Shown piece by piece: positions 35,601 through 45,617 of a DNA stretch of 64,000 nt. Position 1 is the first letter of the stretch, and the number at the start of each line of letters is the position of its first letter. The notes beneath the pieces are model-generated. The model was not told the DNA's origin and ran no database searches. It saw only the letters and a list, made by a program, of their open reading frames with translations. Made by a program: the position numbers and the translations under genes. The stretch is from Rebecca billardiae RCC1528 (lineage: Eukaryota > Protista > Haptophyta), in NCBI GenBank assembly GCA_965240325.2, contig OZ251243.1, positions 992,001-1,056,000 of the forward strand. Reading direction: 5' to 3'.

Positions 35601-36019
35601 GGCGACGCCGATCCCGCCAGCGAGAGCGCCATGCCGGGCGGGTAGATGACGTCGTCGGCCACGAGCACAATGTGCGTGCGCCGCCACGCCTCCTGCTCGT
35701 GGCCTGGCAGCCCGAGTGCGGCGGCGATTGCGGGCAGCCGCGTCTGCAGGAGGTAGCGCACCGTCGGCACCAGCTTCGCCGCCGGGCCCCAGTCGTACGG
35801 TACGCGGTTGACCGTCACCGCCGCCGAGACGTCCGGCGGCAGCTCGGCGGGAGAGGCGGTCTGCCCGGCCGGCGAGGGCAGGTTGAGGACGATCTCGTCG
35901 AAGGGGCGCGCCTGGCTCTGCGGAGAGAGCGCCGCCAAGGTAGGCCCGAGCGTGTGCAGCCTCGTCGGCGACGACGTCAGGCTCGCCACGAGGTACACCG
36001 CCGCCGACGCGGTCCTCAT
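32681..36019 (-). CDS. Glycosyltransferase (GT-A-like) fused to two tandem sulfotransferase-like domains
   Basis: N-terminal SLTSSPTRL...DWGPAAKL...VADDVIY...SDDLVISAYL; then two homologous domains with GERHSGTN / GEWITGAD (5'-PSB-like), VREPV.WL (3'-PB-like) and LR(F/Y)ED(M/L). Confidence 0.7.
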   Translation of the reverse strand: MRTASAAVYLVASLTSSPTRLHTLGPTLAALSPQSQARPFDEIVLNLPSPAGQTASPAELPPDVSAAVTVNRVPYDWGPAAKLVPTVRYLLQTRLPAIAAALGLPGHEQEAWRRTHIVLVADDVIYPPGMALSLAGSASPSVSEAASGSKLKPRSLTHPHGHAIVDAPHGAPLDVAEGRAGWRIPIAAFGRDAPDVDAFEARMRELLSGKDARESDDLVISAYLAERNVPRALHKTERFQKSQLRLAGVGNLGTLSHVESNGTGNGASTGGEERWLRAWRVLESGRLPALPMPERWDLLCPAQLRPAAPPACQWRTGTRDYHVWGERHSGTNAIASHVRLNFGASAPYMKYTYKHMWISEDAADIRSMTARMSRVHAFGLPAIIMVREPVKWLLQMHREPHHARWLMGKVSFLEFLQGEWRSWFPLKARERCAALGFIPASTVPTKEIEALPLEQQSACAVRDFASIMALRSTKLRLWAQAFELVPADEQTRREQLVHTVSRRAVPGSGRVLVLRFEDMVAREAELPCMLAHHLGACPLHAYARMPNELVGPNGAMIPPAIMEEKLERAKHATVEPCANLNTTGLRAFRTILGGLDWAMEALYGYAPEGAYRRCLEEAEKRRAAAALAPKPEPRQAARAERPDEPLPTHEPAAEPRELEPAEAQRLERMCPAQLVRAAPRTCRPLRGEQRYLLFGEWITGADTMKHVMRYNFATGLPAHQGEFLHAWMSDRPAAHAISQMRMLRAGGRPTIVLVREPVQWLLGLHNHPEHAPWARRVSMRMFVSTEWRSLQLPGALERCAALGLIANASVPMAAVHALPPEQQQRCAVHAFASPIARRKTQLRLMRDAFDLRPANERTRTEQLVHTVSARQPGPGGAPVLVLRYEDLVARPQHVPCVLARHLGGCPTRTFPYAKPFGRADALAQRQISRGGPKRAVSVDPCPHAYRMPPETFRHIVGALDWELEAVFGYGGEGAYRACTAHGVPIFASEPTAQSAAHGVPPTPSEPTAQRAQPALRVRARISGEAKLEWADKPFLAVQRRKPPLFGFRPGGLLEDILDKDGGAGAEDGGASSYSHHAARGRPTDGVSRSGGESAAMRERRRDQILRRGVDAS

Positions 36020-38648
36020 GATCCGCGCGGGCGTGATCCCGTTGACGCGCCGAGGCGTCACGAACAACAGCTACCCGTACTGGTAAGGCAATCTGATGAC
36101 TATCGTCACACCTTCATTGAGAGCAAGTGTGCATTAACTTGTAAGTCGGCCGATAGGAAGTTGAGGAACAGGGGCGACGGGCGGGCGTTCGCCCACGTTC
36201 CCCGCACTGGTCAAACGCCAAATCGCTTATTAGTCGAACCGCGTTCCTATTGAAATTGGCTTCCTCTATTTCAAGCGGGTACATTTGATTACGGCCCGCG
36301 CCAGTCCGGTAGCATGCCCCCCCCAGGGGGGCCGGCGGGGCATTGCTTTCGGGAGCGTGTGGCAGGATCCCGGGAACGCCCCTTGGTGGCGACTGTCCTT
36401 TCGCAGTCATTTTTCGAATTGCTATTAGAAACACCCGCGTTATTATCTGGTAGACCTGGCGCCGTCGTCGTACCGTATGGGTACAGCATTACCTTGATAT
36501 AGAATACTTGTGCGGTATTTTGTAAGCCCCTTGCTCCCAGGGTACCCGCCGCCGGTATTCCAGGCTTGTTCCAGGGATGCCTTGGGAATCGAAGAATCTG
36601 GGTGCCGTACAGGTATGAGAGGCCAGCTGGTGAGGATTTTTCCGCGGGGGGGGGCACGCCCGGATTTAACCGTGCCGCCCCCGCCCGGCGCGGCTTTGCA
36701 ACATCAAGGAGAGTCCGGACGCTTCTCGTCGCCGCCAAGTGCGGGGACCCCTCGCGACGGCCGCGCCGCCGCGCGTAAGGGTGGCGACCCGCGCCTCGTG
36801 ATAACACGCGCATTTGGCGGGGCGCGGGCGGACCGGCGGAGCGCGCCGCGCGTGGGCGCGTCGGCCCGTACGCTCGAAGCCCTCTTCCGGAAAAGTCCGA
36901 GCGCGCCGCGCCGCGCCCGTCGCGCCGCGCTGCGGCGTGCGCCGTGCACGCGTTCAGTCCGGCTCGGGTGCCGCGCGCCGTCGCGGAGCGGAAAGAGAGC
37001 CGGGAGCGGGTGCGCTGGCGCGGGCGGGGTGTGGAGGCACGCTACGGGAGTCTACTTCTCGTGCCGCGCGCGCGCGCCCGCTCGGCGCCGTCGCCTGGCG
37101 CGGCCGTAGGCGTCCAAGCGTCGATGGTTGGCCTCGCTGTCGAGAACCGCGCTACCATAAAGGGGGCCGGCGGGGCGCGGGCCGCCTGGCCGTGCCGGTG
37201 GGGGCCGATGCGGGTAAAACGCTTGACGAGACCGAGCACGGTGCTGACGAGACCGAAATCCCCGAATACGCACCGGCACCGGCCCGCATGGAAGCCCGCC
37301 GCGCGCTGCGCCGCGCGCCGCGCGCACATCAGGCGGGGCGCGCACGGAGTCCGCCGCGCGTGGGGGCCTCAGCCAGTACGCTCAGGCCCCCGGGGGAAGC
37401 ACATGCGACCTCGCCGCGCCGCGCCCGTCGCGCCGCGGCACGGCGTGAGCAGTGCGTCCCGGTTCGACCACTGGGTCGCGGCGCGCGCCGCTGCGCGCTA
37501 CCACTGGGGCAGGCGGGCGGTGACGGCCTGGCTCGTCTGCCGCGCGCGCGCCGCCCTGCGTTGCGTCCTGAACTCTCCGTGCTCGCAGGGTGCGGATGCT
37601 GCACGAGAGCCAGTGCTGTGACTGTCTTAGTGACGGGCTGGGCTGGGCTGCTAGGCGGCTGCGGGCCTCCCGTGTGGGTTGGATGCATGCCCGCTGCGAC
37701 GCTGGCCGCAGGATTGCGTCCTTCCGCTTTGCCTTGCCCTTGGCAGCTGCGCCACCGTTGTGTGGCATGTGCTGCCAGGTGCTGCGCTCAGGTGGTCGGG
37801 CGGCAGCTGTCTGCCGCCTGCTCGCGCGAGGCTGGCTCCTCGGGCGGCTGGATGACCACAATCGCGGATGGCTTGGTGCGGACGGGGTGGTCTTGGTCCC
37901 CTGTCTCAGCGCCAGCACGTTGCGGCTGCAGCAGCCGCAGGCGTGTCTGCTTGATGGGCTCCGGCCGGCAGCCCAGACTCCATTTTACCTCTCACATCTG
38001 GGCCTTGGGGCAGTGAGCTGGTGTCAGGTGTGACGCCGGGCATCAAGTCTGAATCGGCAGGGAGGCGGAGGGAGCGCACCACGTGAATTAACGTGCGACT
38101 CGTGCGACAGGTTCCTGGTGACGTCTCGCCGTATGGCCACTTGTGGGCCAACCGGCCAGTGCACGGCGCTGTTGGCTCGCTCGCACTGCGTCTGCGGCGC
38201 CTGGACGGCACCAGGACGCGTTCGTAAGATTCGTATAGTTTACCGCGGATCGTGTCGGACGTCACAGCCGATTGATGCGCGTCAGTCAGGTTAGCCAGCA
38301 CGAGCACAGCCAGGGGAAAGCTATGCCGGAACCAAGTCGTGCTGCACAGGTGGCGCCACACCGCACGCGAGGACTCGCCGGCTGCGGGCTGGTCACTCCG
38401 TCACTCGCATGGGCCACACCTCCGACCTCGACTGTCTCCTATGCTGGAAGCAGAGATCGTCGTCTAGAATGTGAGGGAACCTTGCGGGATGGTCACGGCG
38501 CTGGATGGACAGAGGGAGCGCTGCTGAGTGCTGGCGAGGACATCGTTTGCGCAGCACGGCCGGACGGCCGCGGACCATTTCTTCTTTACGCGGTTATGAT
38601 GAGAACCTCGCCGCCGTCCGGGTCGGGTCGCCTCGACGGGTGGCTGGG

Positions 38649-40966
38649 CCCCTTACGTATTCAGAGAACATCTCTGTGAGAGAACATCTCTGGGCAAGCC
38701 CCGCCAGAGATGTTCTCTGGCCGGCAGCCGCCAGAGATGTTCTTTCACAGAGAACGTTTTCGGAGCGCGCCACTGACCGTCTCGGCGGGCTGCCCTGCTG
38801 GGCTCCGACGACGGCTCCGCTACTCGCGTGCGACGCTCTCCGCCAAGCGCGATACCGGCCCGCCCACCGCGCGTTGAAGCGCGCTGGTGCACGAGCTCGC
38901 ATGTTGAGCGCCATGGACGCTCTACGTAGGGCAGCGGCTCGCTCGCTCGCGCCTGTGGTGCCGCGCGTGCACGCGCGCGCGCATGCTCAAGAGCCGCCGC
39001 CCGACAGGGCACATGCACGCACGCGAGAGCACTGCCTTGATGCTGACGAGCGTGGTGGCTCGCATCTCGCAAGACGAGACGATTCCGATGCTTGCTTTCA
39101 CCGCCTTGCAGCCCTCTCGCGCGTGGCCGCCACAAGCACCCGCGTGCGCAGCACTGAGCAGCGCGGCGCAACACGTCGCGTGTGCTCTTCGCGCGCTGCC
39201 GTCCATCTCCCGACGCAGAGGGCTCGAGCCTGTGTGCGCGCCTTGCCCTGCAGATGTGCGCATGCTCGCTGAACAGATCCTTGGGGGCGCCGAGCAGTCT
39301 GCGCCCACGCCGCCGACTGATGAGGGCGGTGCAGGTTGGGGGATCAGCTTGAGAGTTGGCCTCGCGCCGCTGCTGCAGAGCCCAAGTCTCCTGAGACGCA
39401 GCCCTGGCGGCGCTGGCCAGGGGCGCGCACAGCGCGCGCTCGTGCGGCTGTGGATGCGGCCGTGGAGGTCGAAGCCGCATATGCGTAGCCGCGAGAGAGC
39501 GCGCGGCGCCCTCTCACGCGGCGCGCCTCGCTCGCGCCACGTTCGCCTCGTCTCAGGCTAGCGCGTACGCGCACGCGTGCGCGAGCGCCAGCCGTGCGCG
39601 CAGCCAACTGTCATCAGCTCGCGCGGGCGCGGGCCGCTGTGCGGTCGGCGTGAGCCAGGCGAGCCGCCGGGCAAGCCATCGGATGAGTTTGAGATGCCCT
39701 TGACGTGTATACTGCTTCTCGCATCGTCGCGCTCGCCCCACCCCCGCGCCCCCGCGCCCGTGCTGTCATGTGACGATGCGTACGCAGCTTGTGCTACAGT
39801 ACTTACAATGTGGCGGCCCAGCGCACACAAGTCTTGGAACACCTGATACGAAAGGAGCGCGGCGCGAAGCTTGCGCACGGGACCCTGAGCAAGCTCGTGC
39901 TAGGCGAGGTCACTTGCTTAGCACCGATGAGCTCTCAACCTTGCCCGGCGGCTCGCCTGGCTCACGCCGACCGCACAGCGGCCCGCGCCCGCGCGAGCTG
40001 ATGACAGTTGGCAGTGCCCACGGCTGGCGCTCGCGCACGCGTGCGCGTACGCGCTAGCCTGAGACGAGGCGAATGTGGCGCGAGCGAGGCGCGCCGCGTG
40101 AGAGGGCGCCGCGCGCTCTCTCGCGGCTACGCATATGCGGCTTCGACCTCCACGGCCGCATCCACAGCCGCACGAGCGCGCGCTGTGCGCGCCCCTGGCC
40201 AGCGCCGCCAGGGCTGCGTCTCAGGAGACTTGGGCTCTGCAGCAGCGGCGCGAGGCCAACTCTCAAGCTGATCCCCCAACCTGCACCGCCCTCATCAGTC
40301 GGCGGCGTGGGCGCAGACTGCTCGGCGCCCCCAAGGATCTGTTCAGCGAGCATGCGCACATCTGCAGGGCAAGGCGCGCACACAGGCTCGAGCCCTCTGC
40401 GTCGGGAGATGGACGGCAGCGCGCGAAGAGCACACGCGACGTGTTGCGCCGCGCTGCTCAGTGCTGCGCACGCGGGTGCTTGTGGCGGCCACGCGCGAGA
40501 GGGCTGCAAGGCGGTGAAAGCAAGCATCGGAATCGTCTCGTCTTGCGAGATGCGAGCCACCACGCTCGTCAGCATCAAGGCAGTGCTCTCGCGTGCGTGC
40601 ATGTGCCCTGTCGGGCGGCGGCTCTTGAGCATGCGCGCGCGCGTGCACGCGCGGCACCACAGGCGCGAGCGAGCGAGCCGCTGCCCTACGTAGAGCGTCC
40701 ATGGCGCTCAACATGCGAGCTCGTGCACCAGCGCGCTTCAACGCGCGGTGGGCGGGCCGGTATCGCGCTTGGCGGAGAGCGTCGCACGCGAGTAGCGGAG
40801 CCGTCGTCGGAGCCCAGCAGGGCAGCCCGCCGAGACGGTCAGTGGCGCGCTCCGAAAACGTTCTCTGTGAAAGAACATCTCTGGCGGCTGCCGGCCAGAG
40901 AACATCTCTGGCGGGGCTTGCCCAGAGATGTTCTCTCACAGAGATGTTCTCTGAATACGTAAGGGG
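38649..40966. mobile_element. Foldback / MULE-like non-autonomous element with 1027-bp inverted arms
   Basis: Arms 38649-39675 and 39940-40966 are near-perfect reverse complements with a 264-bp spacer; TSD GTGGCTGGG (9 bp, or GGTGGCTGGGC 11 bp); subterminal AGAGAACATCTCT array. Confidence 0.93.
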
Positions 40967-41019
40967 GTGGCTGGGCAGTTCGTGCACCCACCTCAGCATC
41001 CATCGCGGCCGTTAGGACG

Positions 41020-44000
41020 ATGAGCGACATCGACGCGCTCTGGCGCGAGCTGCAGCGCGAGGACGAGGCGGGGCGGCGCAAGGCGAAGAGCGCGAGCGCG
41101 CCCAACGCTGGCGTGACCGGGCTCAACGCCGCGCTCGGCTCGCTGCAGGTCAAGCGCACGCCCGCGCCGCGCGCCGCTCCGGCCGAGCCGCAGGCGCGCA
41201 TCGCCGCAGCCGGAGCGCCGCGCGTGCTGCTCGACGCGGAGAACGCGCTCAAGGCCCCCGCGCCCACGGCGGCGCACGTCGCGCCCACGACCACCACGCC
41301 CGCCCGACCCACGCCGCCGAGCGCGCCGCCCGCCACGGCCAGCCCGTCCGCGGGCGGCACGCCGTCGCTCGAAGATATTCTCGCCGCTCGCAAGTCGCAG
41401 GTCTCGGTCGCGGCGCGCGGCGACCTGCTCGGGCTTCGCGCGTCGGGCGCCGACTCGGACGACGAGTCCGACGGCGCCGCGGACGACCCCAACACCTCCG
41501 CGCCCAACCCCGCCACGTCCGTCGGCCGGCTCGTCAACCTGATCGCTGACCCGAGCGCGCCGGTGCGCCGGGACGCGCTTCGTCAGCTCGACGCGCTGAC
41601 GGCGGCGGTGGTGGCGCCGACGGACGGGGCGGCGGGCGGCGTGGGGCACGGCTCGGAGTCCGATGCCGACGAGGACGCCGACGACGCGCTCGGCGGCGGC
41701 GCGGCGGCGGGCGGCGCATCCGGGCAGGGTGGCGGCGGCGGCGGCGGCGCTCAGCTGAGCAGCCAGCAGCGCTCACAGCTGTCGGAGCACTTGTCGACGC
41801 TGCTGCGCCCGCTGCTGCTGCGCTTCGCCGACCCCGTCGAGGCGTGCCGCGACGGCGCGGTGCGCATCGCCTCGCGCCTGCTCCGCCACGCCGAGCCGCA
41901 CGTGCTCGCGGGCGCGCTCCCCCTCGTGCTCCCGATCCTCACCGAGCGACTGGGCGCGGAAGAGCTGGTCGAGCCGAGCGAGGAGGTGCGGCACCGGCTG
42001 GGGCGGCTGGTGGTGCGGCTCGTGCGCGCGTGCCGCGCGCTGCTCCGGCCGCACCTGCAGACCCTCGGCTCCGTCGGCCTCGGCTGCTGCCGCGACCGCG
42101 ACCCGGGCACGATGCGCGCGGGCCACGCGGTCGTGCGCGAGATTGCAATCTCGGTGCTGCGGCCGCTCACGCGCGAGCAGGGCGCCAAGGCGGTGGGCCC
42201 GTACACGGTGGGGCTGATCGACGCGGTCGCGCCGGCGCTCGGCCACCGGCACGCCGCCGTGCGCATCTCCGCCATCCGCGCGATCACCGAGCTCGTCCCG
42301 TGCGGCGGCGCGTCCTCGATCGAGTCGCTCGTCGGATACCGCGAGCCCAACGTCGTGCCGATCGCAAACTTCTACGGCAAGGGCGAGGCGCTGGTGAACG
42401 CGTTCGCGCCGCTGGTGCTCGACGCGCACGTCTCGGTGCGCCGCGCGTTCCTCGGCATGGTCTACCGCTGGTGCAAGGAGCTCGATTACTCCGATCTGTA
42501 CTCACAAGAGTCCCGGCTCTACGCCTATCTGCTCTCAGGTGCGGCGCCGCGCGCGCGCGAGATTGCAATCTCCGCGCCGCTGCGGGGCCGCGCGCGAGAT
42601 TGGAATCTCCGCGCCGCTGCGGGGTCGCGCGGGGGAGCACGGCTGCGCGCGGCCGTGCGAGCGTCCGCGTGCTCGGCTCCGCCCCGCTCGGCCGCGTCGT
42701 CCGCCGCCGCTCACCCTGCCCACCGCTCCGCCCGCGCGCCGCGGCGGCGGCGGCGCGCGCCTCCGCCCTCCCCGCGCCCGCCCACCGCGTCCGCGCAACA
42801 GGCCTCTTTGACGCCGATCCGGCGCTGGGCGCGCGCTGCGTCGGCTGGCTCGAGGACCTGGGCGCGGACTACGAGGCCCTCAACGCCGCCGAGCTCAAGG
42901 ACCGGCTGGAGTACGGATACGTCGACGAGGTGCGCAAGGATGCGCGGAACCCTCCGCTGCCGCCGCCGTTTGCGCGCCGCCCGCGGCTTGGCGCGCGGCT
43001 GCGCGTGCGGGACCACTTCCGCCGGCTGGTGGGCACGGTGGCCGAGGAGATGCGCTGCTGGCAGGGGGAGCAGCGCGCGCCCTCCGCCAAGCTCATGGCC
43101 ATGCTGATGGTGTACCAGGAGGTGCGCGCGTGTGTGCGCGCATGCGCGCGCGCGCGTGCGTGTGCGTGTGTGCGTGGCGCGGCGGCATGCAAGCCTGCCC
43201 TGCCCCACAGCCGAGCATGCGCGAGCACGCGCGACTCGGCGTCCCGCGCGCGCGCAACGCCACTCCCGAGCGCGCTCACCCTCCGCCTCGCCGCGCGCCG
43301 CCATGCGCTTTCCTTGGCGCGCGCCGCCCTCCGCGCCGCGCCCGCGCCCGCGCCGCTCGCGCCCGCCCCGCGCCCGCCTCGCTCGCGCGCTGTCTGGCAC
43401 CCGCGCTGTCTGGCACCCGCGCCCACAGGAGCACCTCACCGAGTTCGCGGACAAGCTGGTGCCCGCGCTGCAGGCGTGCCTCACGCTGCAGGACGACGAG
43501 CGCCGCGTCGTCGCGGCCGGCGCGGCGCAGTGCGCGCGGCTGCTCGCGCACCACACGCCGCCCCAGTCCTACCTGCCGCTGCTGCTGCCTGCACTCGAGC
43601 CGGGCGCGGCCGCGGGCACGGCGGCGCGCGTGGGCGCCGCTCGACTGCTCACTGAGCTGGTCGGCGGGATGGACGCGTACACGCGCGCGCGGGAGATCCC
43701 GGGGATCCTCGGCGCGATCTGCGACGACGGCGTGGTCTCGACGGCCGACTCGGCGCTGCGCGCGGCGCTGGGCGCGCTGCTGTGCGCGTGCACGGCGGCT
43801 GGCCGCGACCGCGCGGCGGCCGAGGCGGCCGCGGCCGAGGCGGACGTGGCGATGGCGCCTGTGGGCACGCGCGGCGCGCTCGGGAGCGTGGCGGAGGCGG
43901 ACGAGGCCGCGGCGGCGGCCGCCGACGCGCCCGCGCCGCCGAGCACCGAGCTGGCCGCGCTGCGCGCGATCGCGCCGCGCGTGCGCATCGCGCTGGCGTG

Positions 44001-45246
44001 GCTCATGACGGGCGCGGCCGCGGGCGACGCGGCGGCGGAGGCGGAGGCGAGCGCGGCGTGTGAGCGCGCGCTCGCCCAGCTCGCGCGCATTGTGCTCGTC
44101 GCCGACGCGCGCGCCGACGCCTCGGCCGAGCTCGCCGACGCGGACGACGAGCGCGCGTGCGCGCACGCGGCGGCGCGCGCGCTGCTGCCGGCCGCGGTGG
44201 CCGCGCTCGTGCACGCGGGCGCGCGCTGGGAGCTGCCGTGCCCGCAGCGTGCGCCTTTGTATCACCTGCTGAGCACGGCCGTGGACGGCGCGGCGCTGGA
44301 GGCGGCGCTCGGCGCGAGCGGCGCGCTGCGCGCTCTGGAGGACTCGGCGACCTCGGCGAGCGCGCGCGTGCTGCTGTCGACCGCGGCCGTCGTGCGCTCG
44401 CTGTGCGCACGCGACGAGCCCGCCTCGCGCCCGGGAGCCGCGCCGTCCGCGTCGGCCGCGCGGCTCTCGGCCGAGACGGCGGCGCGCGTGGTGCGCGCCA
44501 TGCTTGCGCCGATCACGCGCGCGCTGTGCACCGCAGCCGCTGTGGACGCCGAGGCCGCGGGCGGCGCGGCCAAGCCGTCGGCCAAGGCCGCCGCCGCGCA
44601 CGCCGCCGCCGCGCCCTCGGCGCGGCAGCACGCGGAGCTCGCCGAAGCTGTCGCGCTCGCGCTCACGCGCGCGCGGCATGCCGGCGGCGGCGCGGCGGCG
44701 GGCGGCGCCGAGCGCGGCGGCGCGGTCGCGACAGAAGACGGTGGCGCGTGGCTGGGCGCGGCGCTGCTCCACTGGCTTGGGAACGGAGCAGCAGCCGACC
44801 CCGCCGCCGCTCTCGAGCAGCGCCGCGCGCGGCACGAGTGCCCGCCCCTGCAGCGGCACGCGGTCGCGTGCGCCGCCGCCGCGCTCGGCGGCCGCGGCGC
44901 GCGAACCTTGGCCTTGTCTGAGGACGCGCTCTCCGAGGTTGGCCGCGCGCTCGCGCACGCGCTCGGCCGCGAGATTGCGAGCTCGGCGTCGCGGCAGGCC
45001 GCGCTCGACGCGCTCGAGGCGTGGGCGCAGCTCGCGGCCGAGCGCGCGAGCGCCGGGCGCGCGCCGGCCACGGCCGACGTGCGCGCCGCGTGCGCAGCCG
45101 CGCGCTCGGAGATCGCGTTCGCCGCGCGCGCCTCTGCCGTGCTCGAGCAGCTCGACGCCGCGGCCGCGCGTGCGCCCACGGCCACCGCTGAGCCCGAGCG
45201 TGCTCGCGTCGGCGCGGGCGCGCGCTTCGAGGAGATCGACGACTAG
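41020..45246 (+). CDS. DNAAF5: HEAT-repeat protein, DNAAF5/HEATR2-like dynein assembly factor; exons 41020-42538, 42802-43121, 43429-45246
   Basis: LLRPLLLRFADPVEACR, EPSEEVR, D.HVSVR, YLLSGLFD, RPRLGARL.VR motifs; two GT-AG introns restore a continuous 1218-aa frame. Confidence 0.7.
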
Positions 45247-45617
45247 GAGTGCGGCCGGAGCGGGCGGGCGGTGCGGGCCCGCGCGCGCCTCGCGGCGAGC
45301 CCGTGCCGCCATCATCCCAATGCAGCAGCGTCGCTGACTCACTCACTCCGAGAGGCTCATCAGCAGTGACGACGCGCCTCGATCATCAGCCTCGGCGGCG
45401 CGCTGCGGCGGGCGGCGCGCTGATGATGATGACAATATATATCGCGGATATCGTATCGTCAGCGCATGCCCGCATGGCACGTCTCTGCTGCGCCGCCAGA
45501 CGTGAGTCGTGCGGGAGACGCATATACACACACACACACACACATATAATTAGTATTGCTGCATCATCATAATCGATCACCGTCACTCAAGGGCCCGCGG
45601 CGCCGGCTGACGACGAG

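Noticed and set aside
32477-36253. 1258-aa plus-strand ORF and many other long overlapping ORFs (e.g. 26401-28158, 43276-45342, 50679-51977)
   Set aside because: Antisense or shifted-frame shadows of real genes; Arg/Ala-rich and expected at this GC content.
37900-38610. Possible MULE transposase/SWIM remnants (SHHNRVKK, CSTTWFRHSFP) on the minus strand
   Set aside because: Too degenerate to support without a profile search.
38653-40999. Mirror-image ORF pairs of 275 and 192 aa
   Set aside because: A consequence of the inverted arms; no protein-like features.
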